Assembly: GCA_035622335.1 (NCBI GenBank)
Contig: DASPVO010000004.1
Coordinates: 1,657-65,656 of the forward strand
Length of the DNA stretch: 64,000 bases
DNA from: Nitrososphaerales archaeon
GTDB taxonomy: Archaea > Thermoproteota > Nitrososphaeria > Nitrososphaerales > Gagatemarchaeaceae
Direction of reading: 5' to 3'
Shown here piece after piece: positions 9,839 through 17,196 of the stretch. Under the pieces are notes generated by a model that made no database searches, was not told where the DNA came from, and saw only the letters and a list, made by a program, of their open reading frames with translations. Positions within the stretch are counted from its first letter, which is position 1. Each line of letters opens with the position of its first letter. Made by a program: the position numbers and the translations under genes.

Positions 9839-10726
9839 TTGGTCGCTCCAGAGCTGGTGAAGTCGGGAATGATAACGAGGGAAGTGAGGGCTTGGATCAA
9901 GGACAACGTGGAGCCCGGAGACGGATACCTGCAGACTTGCGAATCCGTCGAGAAGGAGATCGTCGCGCGGGGCGGAGCCCCCGCCTTCCCGACGGGGATC
10001 GGCGTCGATGAAGTGACGGCACACTATTCACCACAGAAGGACGACTCTTCCGTCTTCGACGAGAGGGACCTCATCAAGGTGGATTTCGGAGTCCAGGTTG
10101 ACGGATATCTCACGGACACGTCGGTCACCCTGACTTACAATCCCGAGCACGAAGCACTGCTGGAGGCGGCCGAGAGGACGCTTTCGGTCGCTGTCGAGAC
10201 CCTCAGGAAGGACACACGGACCGGCGAGATAGGACGGGCGGTCTCCCGGGAAGCGGCCAAGTACGGCTTTAGGACAATAGAGAACCTCACGGGGCACACG
10301 ATTGAGAGGTACGTTGTGCACGCCGGGAAGAGCGTCCCCAACATATACACTCCTGGGGCCCAGCAGCTCAGGAAGGGGGAAGTGGTGGCCATCGAACCTT
10401 TCCTGACGTGGAAGAAGGCAGCCGGATACGTCGTAGACTCGACCCCTCAGACGATCTTTTCCCTTCTTCTGAGGAAGAACACGGGCAAACCAGACCTAGA
10501 CGGTTTTGTCACAAGGATATGGGAAGAGAGGAAGACTCTGCCATTCACTCCGAGATGGTACTCGGACGATTACGGGAGAGAAAAGCTCACGACCATTCTA
10601 GGCGAGCTTGTGAAGCGAAGGATAGTAAGGTCGTACCCCACGCTAGTGGAGGCTTCGGGCTGCCCGGTGGCTCAGTTCGAGCACACCATCGCCCTCGAGG
10701 ACGACGGGATGCAGATCCTAACCTGA
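9839..10726 (+). CDS. map: methionine aminopeptidase, type 2 (archaeal)
   Basis: AFPTGIGVDEVTAHYSP, VDFGVQVDGYLTDTSVT, GHTIERYVVHAGKSVP and AQFEHTI metal-ligand motifs. The start is uncertain: TTG 9839, ATG 9869, or the maximal ORF at 9734. Confidence 0.88.
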   Translation: MVAPELVKSGMITREVRAWIKDNVEPGDGYLQTCESVEKEIVARGGAPAFPTGIGVDEVTAHYSPQKDDSSVFDERDLIKVDFGVQVDGYLTDTSVTLTYNPEHEALLEAAERTLSVAVETLRKDTRTGEIGRAVSREAAKYGFRTIENLTGHTIERYVVHAGKSVPNIYTPGAQQLRKGEVVAIEPFLTWKKAAGYVVDSTPQTIFSLLLRKNTGKPDLDGFVTRIWEERKTLPFTPRWYSDDYGREKLTTILGELVKRRIVRSYPTLVEASGCPVAQFEHTIALEDDGMQILT

Positions 10727-10921
10727 AATCTTCGAGGCCTCGGCGTAGACGAGGCTAACCCTCGTAGGATTCCCGCACTTTGTGCACGGAACCGACTCCT
10801 TGGTTACGAAGTCCCCGACTTGAAAAGCACGCTTGGTCTTTTGCCCGCAGACGGGGCACTCCTCGATTGTGTAGACAAGTAGCTTTGACTTCTTGTCCGC
10901 GGTGGGGACTGAGCTCATCAT
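10718..10921 (-). CDS. small zinc-ribbon protein
   Basis: 67 aa with CPVCGQ...CTKCGN. Its start overlaps the stop of the upstream gene as ATGA. Confidence 0.55.
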   Translation of the reverse strand: MMSSVPTADKKSKLLVYTIEECPVCGQKTKRAFQVGDFVTKESVPCTKCGNPTRVSLVYAEASKISG

Positions 10922-12045
10922 TGGGCGACACCGAGTGTGTTACCGATGCCGGCGACCACCACGCTGTCACCCTCCTTCGTCTTCTCTTCGATGACCCGGT
11001 TGAGGACCTGGACCACCTTGTCAGAAGCTTCGGCAATCTCCTTCCTCATCACTGTAATCGCTTCCAGTATGCTCTGCTTCACGAGAATCGCGTAAAGCGG
11101 TACCTTCTGATTGGTTGCCACTTCCTCTATCTGGAACTTTTCCACGCCGATACCGCCGATCGCTGCTCCAACACCCTCCGCAATCTCGCCCGTCTTCTCC
11201 CCTTCTAGCTTCAGCGCGGCGTCGATCATTATTATCGCACTCGGCTTCACTCCCATCTCCTCCACTATCTTCTTGATTCCGATCCCTGGCTGCCCCACAT
11301 AACCCATCGGCCCCTCAGCCTTGAGGACGTACAGCGTCCTCCCCTTGTACTCAGTCGTCGCCATCACGGTGTCCTTGGCCACGATTCTCTTCTCCTTCCC
11401 GGCCATGAACCGCGACACGACCACGGGACCTATCCCGTCCCCGACCGGCTCTCCGACCTTGAAGGAGTCTATGGCGTTGAGAAGCGCATCGGCTTCCTGA
11501 ATGATCATCGGCATGATCATCTGAAGCTGAATCAGCGTGAAGTATGAGTTGGTCTTCTTTCCGAGAAGATAGTAGTGTCTCACTATCTTGTGGATTATGT
11601 TCAGCGACGATGCGACTTCGAGTAGATTCTCCGAAATCGACAGTGTGACAGGGTTGTTGGGCGCGATCAGCGTCGCCACCTCTGCCCGCACACGGTCATT
11701 ATTGGTGGAAACGACGTGGTCAATCTTTCCCACCAGGCCCTGTGGGTCGATGTCCACCGGCATGATGGTCACGTAGTCGAGGAACTGGTCGACCCTCTCC
11801 GTGGGGTCTTTCGGTGCCTTGCCTACGTTAATCAGGTAGTCTATGGCTTCTTTTCTCGACTTGTCCTTCATCACCTTCAGCTTGTTGAGCCCACGGCCGA
11901 TGTCGTTGAGCGCGAGATACACCTGGAGTCTCGTCGCGTACAATGAGTAAACGAGGAAGAAACCGAACGTTCCGATGTACAGAAGTTCGCTTACTGTTCC
12001 AGAACCAAATCCCAAGCCTTGCAAGATAGAGCTAGTAGTAAGCAC
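10918..12045 (-). CDS. conserved archaeal membrane-anchored protein (DUF1512-like, from memory)
   Basis: 375 aa. N-terminal TM helix (LLYIGTFGFFLVYSLY) followed by a soluble domain. The family assignment is by recollection only. Confidence 0.55.
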   Translation of the reverse strand: MLTTSSILQGLGFGSGTVSELLYIGTFGFFLVYSLYATRLQVYLALNDIGRGLNKLKVMKDKSRKEAIDYLINVGKAPKDPTERVDQFLDYVTIMPVDIDPQGLVGKIDHVVSTNNDRVRAEVATLIAPNNPVTLSISENLLEVASSLNIIHKIVRHYYLLGKKTNSYFTLIQLQMIMPMIIQEADALLNAIDSFKVGEPVGDGIGPVVVSRFMAGKEKRIVAKDTVMATTEYKGRTLYVLKAEGPMGYVGQPGIGIKKIVEEMGVKPSAIIMIDAALKLEGEKTGEIAEGVGAAIGGIGVEKFQIEEVATNQKVPLYAILVKQSILEAITVMRKEIAEASDKVVQVLNRVIEEKTKEGDSVVVAGIGNTLGVAQ

Positions 12046-12463
12046 GGCGAAACGAATTCTCGCCAGCGGGAGGCCGAACTTAAATGTTCTGCTAAAATTG
12101 GGAGATTTGATTCAGACCAGATGAAGTTCCGCTCAAATTGATTGGGCGACCGAAGACCGACTCTTTCACTGTGTTTGAAACCCAGATTCAGAGTAGGTCG
12201 AAGTGCTCTGAGAGCCTTAGCGAGAAGGATGGCGACGTCGAGTGTTTTGAAAGTTGCCAGCATCAGGGCTTCGCAAGGGCTCTCGCACCTCACTAACACC
12301 CTGACGACACACGGTTTGACTTCTGGGGTCGGAAAGAGTCCAGGTCGGACCCGTGCGCTATGGCCGGCTGAGTTTGTCGACTCCGCCAAGGCGATTTAAC
12401 TGTTTTGGGACGGTATCGCTATCCGTCGCCAGCCTAATATCGAACGGCAAATGGACCGCAGCT

Positions 12464-13306
12464 GTGAAGTCGCAAATCGAAAAGGCGGACTTCTTCCGGT
12501 CGTTGCATCGAAGGGGCGACCCTTTCGTGCTCCCAAACTGCTGGGACGTGCCAAGCGCGAGAATCTTCGAGAACTCCGGGTTTCAGGCGATTGCTACTTC
12601 GAGTGCGGGTGTTATGGTTTCTCTCGGCTTTCCTGACGGTGAAGCCATTGGGCTTCCCGAATACTTGGCCGCCGTAGGCAGAATAGGTAAGGTTCTATCT
12701 CTACCTTTGAGCGTGGACATTGTCGGCGGATTCGGTTCTTCCCCGATTGATGTGGAACACTCGGTAAAGTACGTACTTGAACTGGGAGCCGTTGGTATAA
12801 ACATCGAGGATCTCGATCACGAGACAGGAGCGCTTCGCAGTGCTAAGACTCAGGTCGAAAGAGTCAGAGCAGCGAAGACGGCGGGGGTGACGAAGGGGGT
12901 GCCGGTGGTCATCAACGCGAGAACAGACGCGCTCAGGGTGGGGGGAGGGGATGGAGACTCGAAGTTCGAAGACGCCGTCAGTAGAGCGACTGCCTACCGC
13001 GATGCAGGGGCAGACTGCGTTTATCCGATGGGGCTTACAGAAGCCAGCCCAATCAGGGAGTTCGTAAACCGTCTCTCCTTTCCCGTGAACGTAATGGTGA
13101 GGAAGGGGCTTCCGTCCTTGCCTGAACTCAAGCAGCTGGGAATCGCCAGGGTCAGCTTTGGGCCGGCTGCTTCCTATGCCGCCCTAGGACTTTTGAAACG
13201 GGCGTCAAAGGAGATCATGGAAAGGGGAACGTTCGAAACGTTGGTGGACGGCGCAATATCCTTTGATGAGTTGAACGACCTCGCCAGACCAAAGCCGACA
13301 GGATGA
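12464..13306 (+). CDS. isocitrate lyase / PEP mutase superfamily enzyme (methylisocitrate lyase or phosphorylmutase-like)
   Basis: FVLPNCWDVPSARIFENSGFQAIATSSAG, GAVGINIED, ADCVYPMG. Start placed at GTG 12464; the maximal ORF from 12353 adds a non-homologous leader. Confidence 0.75.
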   Translation: MKSQIEKADFFRSLHRRGDPFVLPNCWDVPSARIFENSGFQAIATSSAGVMVSLGFPDGEAIGLPEYLAAVGRIGKVLSLPLSVDIVGGFGSSPIDVEHSVKYVLELGAVGINIEDLDHETGALRSAKTQVERVRAAKTAGVTKGVPVVINARTDALRVGGGDGDSKFEDAVSRATAYRDAGADCVYPMGLTEASPIREFVNRLSFPVNVMVRKGLPSLPELKQLGIARVSFGPAASYAALGLLKRASKEIMERGTFETLVDGAISFDELNDLARPKPTG

Positions 13307-13372
13307 GTTGGTTACAGCGACGGCGATAAATCGAAACAAGGCAAATATAGACGAGATGGCTCGCCGCGCCAC

Positions 13373-13648
13373 ATGCAAAGACGCCTAATGGAGATACTGG
13401 CGTGCCCCATAGACAAGCATCATCCTCTGGAGTTGTTGGAGTTTGCAACCAGCGGTGATGTAATCGTCGAAGGACTCATCACTTGCAGCCAGTGTGGCAG
13501 GTACTATCCTGTCTCTGAAGAGATACCGGTCATGCTCCCTGACAGCCTGAGGAACAGGAAAGAGGACATCTCATTCCTGGAAAAGTGGAAAGATAGAATA
13601 CCGGCTTCGGTGCTCAGCCAAGGAAAGCCGTGGTCTCTTGGGACCTAG
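13373..13648 (+). CDS. trm112: Trm112-family methyltransferase activator
   Basis: LMEILACPIDKHHPLE...CSQCGRYYPVSEEIPVMLPD, the Trm112/DUF343 zinc-knuckle pattern. Confidence 0.75.
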   Translation: MQRRLMEILACPIDKHHPLELLEFATSGDVIVEGLITCSQCGRYYPVSEEIPVMLPDSLRNRKEDISFLEKWKDRIPASVLSQGKPWSLGT

Positions 13649-14331
13649 GCGATCAGAGCCGCTATAATCCCAGTCAGAAAGACACCATCGAACGTGCCCG
13701 CCCCTCCTATGCTCATCAAGGCGGCTCCGGAGCGATAGACCCGCCTCATGTTGGAGAGGTCCGCTCCGATGAGAGCCCCCAGGGTCCCCGCGACGTACGC
13801 CACGACGCCCGCGGATCCCTCAGCTAGCAAGAACGCCGCCACCGCTGCAAAGATGGGTGGCAAAAGAGCGGGCGTGACGACTCCGACCCCGGGTACCTGC
13901 TTTGCCACTGCATGAACCAGGACAGAAGTAACCGCGGTCGCGACGACGAACTGGAGGATTAATCCATGATGCGTTGCGATGAGGTATGACGACGCGAGGA
14001 TGGGGATGACAGCCCCTCCGACGTTTATCGCGACCGTCGTGGACACTCTTGCCTCTTCATAGTATGGTATCCTGTATGTTACCCAGAACGCCTGGACTTC
14101 TCTGACCCTTGGCACGGCCACCTCTCCGCTCGAACGCCACAGTGGAATGTTCACCATGCTGCCGATGAGCGTCCCTGAGAGTATGAGCGCAAACTGCAGG
14201 CGTGTGAACCCAATCTTCTCGAAGGCGGCCTCGGTCACCAGCAGGAAGATCAGAGCGACCACCACGATGAGCAGGAGGGCGAGAAACGCAACGAAGCTGC
14301 GTTTGTGGGTCTCGACGAAGATTCCGCTCAA
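13645..14331 (-). CDS. polytopic membrane protein (possibly DUF1614 family)
   Basis: 228 aa with about 6 hydrophobic helices. The family guess is from memory and is not verifiable here. Confidence 0.5.
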   Translation of the reverse strand: MSGIFVETHKRSFVAFLALLLIVVVALIFLLVTEAAFEKIGFTRLQFALILSGTLIGSMVNIPLWRSSGEVAVPRVREVQAFWVTYRIPYYEEARVSTTVAINVGGAVIPILASSYLIATHHGLILQFVVATAVTSVLVHAVAKQVPGVGVVTPALLPPIFAAVAAFLLAEGSAGVVAYVAGTLGALIGADLSNMRRVYRSGAALMSIGGAGTFDGVFLTGIIAALIA

Positions 14332-14540
14332 GCGGCCTTCCGGCTTCGGACCATTAATTGAGCGTATCCGAAGAGACCGCGAAGACGCACCAACTGCGGA
14401 ACGGGAACGAACTCATCGACATTCTTATACCATCAGAGCCAAACGCCGTTTCGAGGGAGATGAGCGCGGGGCTCGGGGCACGGGTCGGAGCTGGGCCTGC
14501 CCTACGACCCCCCATTCGAAGGCGTCTCACCTTCCCGGTT

Positions 14541-14678
14541 GGGGGCGTAGCCCAGCCAGGCAGGGCGACAGGCTCCAGTGGTCAAACAAAACGTTTGATG
14601 ACACAGCAGCGTGGATGATTAGGCATTGGAGCTGCGTAAGAAACCTGTAGACCGCCGGTTCAAATCCGGCCGTCCCCA
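14541..14678 (+). tRNA. tRNA-Trp (CCA) with a ~64-nt intron in the anticodon loop (about 14579-14642)
   Basis: Acceptor GGGGGCG/CGTCCCC. D-arm GCCC-AGCCAGGCA-GGGC. Anticodon stem ACAGG (14568-72)/CCTGT (14644-48) with loop start CTCCAG (anticodon 14575-77). T-arm GCCGG-TTCAAAT-CCGGC. Discriminator A. No encoded CCA. Confidence 0.85.
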
Positions 14679-14687
14679 CTCTTAGTT

Positions 14688-15257
14688 TCAGCGAACGTCG
14701 GCCGAGATCATGTCGATCTTGGTTACTATCCCGGCGATTTCTTCGCCGGACGTAACAAGCACGGCTGGGACGAATTCAAAGAGGGAGTACAGAGCGTCGA
14801 CGGGGGTCTCAGCGTCGACTATGGGGAAGCTCGCTTCGGCCAGCTTTGACACCGGAGTCGCCAAGAGTTCCTTAGGTTGTGCGGCACCGCTCAGCAGCAG
14901 GACGATTCTAGCTTCGGAGAGCGATCCCAGCACCTTCTGTCCCGAATAGATCGGGACCTGGGAGATGCCCCTCTCACGCAGCAGATTGATGCATTCAGCC
15001 AAGGTGCTGCTCGACTGAATCGAGAGCACTGGCTTCGACATGATGTCCGAAGCCTTCCTGCCTTCCGACTGTATGTGAGAGCGAAGAGTCTCTGACACCG
15101 CTTTCATGGTTGCGAAGGATGGGTCCACGTGCCCCGACTCCAGCTTCGCGATGAGAGATTGGCTCACGTTCGACGCGCGAGCAAGCTCGGCCTGCGTCAT
15201 CCCCAGGCGAACGCGAATTCTCTTGAGCTGCTTGGGGTCGATTAGAGGTACTGACAC
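14688..15257 (-). CDS. XRE-type HTH + CBS-pair transcriptional regulator
   Basis: The N-terminus (LGMTQAELARASNVSQSLIAKLESG) is an HTH_3 motif. The C-terminal half has two CBS repeats. Confidence 0.8.
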   Translation of the reverse strand: MSVPLIDPKQLKRIRVRLGMTQAELARASNVSQSLIAKLESGHVDPSFATMKAVSETLRSHIQSEGRKASDIMSKPVLSIQSSSTLAECINLLRERGISQVPIYSGQKVLGSLSEARIVLLLSGAAQPKELLATPVSKLAEASFPIVDAETPVDALYSLFEFVPAVLVTSGEEIAGIVTKIDMISADVR

Positions 15258-15353
15258 GGCGAGCCCGCAGGATATTCGGATATGAATCTTGCGCCCTAGA
15301 AAAGATTCCTACTCTCGTTCATCTATAGAACCCGGCTTTCGTCCTCGGTTCGG

Positions 15354-15662
15354 TCAGAAGTTGGGCGGGAGGTAGCTGTTCTGAGAGAGCCACTCTTCGT
15401 GGGCTTTGATGTACCTCCACAGCACATCTGCCCTGTCGTCGTCGAAGTCCCAGGGTGCCACTAGCACTATGTCGTGCTCCCTTATCCAGACTCGGCGTTT
15501 CATCTTGCCCCTTATCCTGCAGAGTCTGATCTTCCCGTCGGTGCACTTGACCATCACGTGGTCGCCGCTTGCGATCTTGTTGACTCTTCCGAGTAGTTCG
15601 CCCTGCTGAGGGAGCACCAGCTCCTTCAGATTCGATTCACTTAGCACTTTGCGCTTACCCAA
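15354..15662 (-). CDS. eif1a: translation initiation factor aIF-1A
   Basis: ELLGRVNKIASGDHVMVKCTDGKIRLCRIRGKMKRRVWIREHDIVLVAPWDF is the S1-like OB fold of eIF1A. TTG start. Confidence 0.9.
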   Translation of the reverse strand: MGKRKVLSESNLKELVLPQQGELLGRVNKIASGDHVMVKCTDGKIRLCRIRGKMKRRVWIREHDIVLVAPWDFDDDRADVLWRYIKAHEEWLSQNSYLPPNF

Positions 15663-15746
15663 TCTTGTTCATCCCAATTTCTTGCCAGAGCCGAAACGTC
15701 GGTCGGCAGCAGTCCAGAAATCTACCGAAAAAAGGGGTTCCACGCC

Positions 15747-15755
15747 TATATAAAA
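15747..15755 (+). promoter_or_regulatory. TATA box candidate for the glycosylase gene (leaderless transcript)
   Basis: TATATAAAA lies 23-31 nt upstream of the TTG start at 15778, preceded by a purine-rich BRE-like GAAAAAAGGGG. Confidence 0.4.
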
Positions 15756-15777
15756 TGTCCCCTGTGGCCTGGCCTGC

Positions 15778-16407
15778 TTGGCAAGGCTCTCCAAGAAAGC
15801 ACTCGACGGTCCGACCCTCCAAGTTGCCCACCGCCTCATCGGGAGCAAGCTCGTCAGGGTGCTCAGAGGCGAGAGACTCGCCGGTCGCATCATCGAGGTC
15901 GAAGCCTACGGTGCCTTCTCGGACCCAGCCAGCCACGCTTACATCGGAGAGACCGCGAAGAACAGGGTGATGTACCTCTCTGCGGGCCGAGCGTATGTCT
16001 ACTTCACCTACGGCTTCCACTATTGTCTGAACGTAGTCACCGAGCCTCCGGGGGTGCCTGCAGCCGTCCTGATCCGGGGACTAGAGCCGCTCGAGGGACT
16101 CAACACCATGAAAAAACTGAGGAAGAGTAACAGTACTGGTGTTCTGTGCAGCGGCCCCGGAAGAGTCACTCAGGCGCTGGCTATCGATGCGGGCTTTAAC
16201 GGGTTGGACATGATCAACTCAGAGACTCTCTTCTTGGAGACAGGGCCCGATAGTCCGGTGGTGAGAACAAAACGGGTTGGAGTGTCGGCTGGGGAGGAGC
16301 GCCTTTGGAGGTTTGTTGAGAATCAACGGGGGAGATCAGAAGATGGCAGAGCGGAAAGAGCCTATATCACCCGAAGAAAACCGGTCACACATGGGGTCGT
16401 CGGCTAG
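15778..16407 (+). CDS. DNA-3-methyladenine glycosylase (MPG/AAG family)
   Basis: LIGSKLVRVLRGERLAGRIIEVEAYGAFSDPASHAYIGETAKNRVMYLSAGRAYVYFTYGFHYCLNVV is the MPG core. The last 15 nt of the ORF overlap the tRNA-Pro 5' end, so the true C-terminus may be shorter. Confidence 0.85.
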   Translation: MARLSKKALDGPTLQVAHRLIGSKLVRVLRGERLAGRIIEVEAYGAFSDPASHAYIGETAKNRVMYLSAGRAYVYFTYGFHYCLNVVTEPPGVPAAVLIRGLEPLEGLNTMKKLRKSNSTGVLCSGPGRVTQALAIDAGFNGLDMINSETLFLETGPDSPVVRTKRVGVSAGEERLWRFVENQRGRSEDGRAERAYITRRKPVTHGVVG

Positions 16408-16537
16408 ATCGCAGTAGGGTGTTAAGCCCGAGAACGAGGCTAGTCTGGTCTAGGCTTCAAGCAACGTTTGGAAGAAGCCTTGGGATTGTGGACAAGAACG
16501 CTTGAGACCGCCGGTTCAAATCCGGCCGACCCCACCA
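16393..16537 (+). tRNA. tRNA-Pro (UGG) interrupted by three insertions (D-loop ~36 nt; 29/30 16 nt; 37/38 14 nt); CCA encoded
   Basis: Acceptor GGGGTCG (16393-99)/CGACCCC (16527-33). T-arm GCCGG-TTCAAAT-CCGGC. Anticodon loop CTTGGG|C with UGG at 16481-83. Strict bulge-helix-bulge motifs surround 16461-16476 and 16485-16498. See findings. Confidence 0.7.
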
Positions 16538-16544
16538 CAGAAAC

Positions 16545-17087
16545 TCAAGCCCGCTCTTTGTCTTTCTTCGGCTTCGATTCGACCCATTCTAGCCAGTCAA
16601 ATATCGGCACGTCAAAGTCAATCTGCCAGAGCAGTGCGTTCAGTTCTCCCCTGTGCTGCAGTTCCTCTTCCACTAGGTGCCACAGCACGTTCCGAACGGA
16701 AATCGTGGTGTCGCCGTGACGGGAAGCTACGTACTTCGGCATGGGGATGGTCCTCTGTAGGTCTTCTTCCACGAGTTCGCTGAGGAACTTGTCCACGCGG
16801 GACTGACACTCGTGCTCGAAGCGAGCAATTTCCTCCAGGGATGGAGTCTCGCTCGTATCTTTGATGGGTTCGAACAGTGGGAGGGCGTCATTCCCCTTCG
16901 AGACTCTCGTGAACCAGAAGTGATAAGCCCCGAGTGTGTGCTCGAGGATGTTCAACAAGGAAGGATAAGACGCGCCGCGGTCCCTTGTGAGTTCCTCCGT
17001 TGACAGCTTCGATAGCGCTTCGAAGTACCCTTGCCGCGCCCGTGCGTTGTATGCGAACCACTCGCGGATTAGGTCGAGTTCCGACAT
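16545..17087 (-). CDS. DinB/YfiT-family four-helix-bundle protein
   Basis: WFAYNARARQGYFEAL...LNILEHTLGAYHFW...WHLVEEELQHRGELN (DinB-family His motifs). Start placed at ATG 17087. Confidence 0.75.
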   Translation of the reverse strand: MSELDLIREWFAYNARARQGYFEALSKLSTEELTRDRGASYPSLLNILEHTLGAYHFWFTRVSKGNDALPLFEPIKDTSETPSLEEIARFEHECQSRVDKFLSELVEEDLQRTIPMPKYVASRHGDTTISVRNVLWHLVEEELQHRGELNALLWQIDFDVPIFDWLEWVESKPKKDKERA

Positions 17088-17196
17088 CGTCCGGAGAAAG
17101 CTCTTTGTCGTATAAAGGGTTGATTGCTGTGCAGAGGCTCGCGAGTTAATCTGGTCTGGCAAACAGTAAAATACAATTGACAACGACCGCGATGCG

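Noticed and set aside
12331-12344. GGAAAGAGTCCAGG as an RNase P CR-I element
   Set aside because: It has no matching P4 3' strand or other conserved regions nearby, it would run into a CDS, and a complete RNase P RNA exists at 37441-37733.
14579-14642. Calling the tRNA-Trp intron a complete dual-guide box C/D sRNA
   Set aside because: There is no CUGA D/D' box anywhere in the intron. Only 11 nt separate the two UGAUGA-like boxes, which is too short for a guide plus D'. Only a K-turn-like hairpin can be supported.
16403-16439. Alternative strict BHB (TCGT 16397-400 / ACGA 16434-37) giving a 37-nt D-arm intron in tRNA-Pro
   Set aside because: The resulting mature tRNA loses A14 and a workable D-stem. 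The 36-nt excision bounded by the GGCTAG repeat gives a canonical D-arm.
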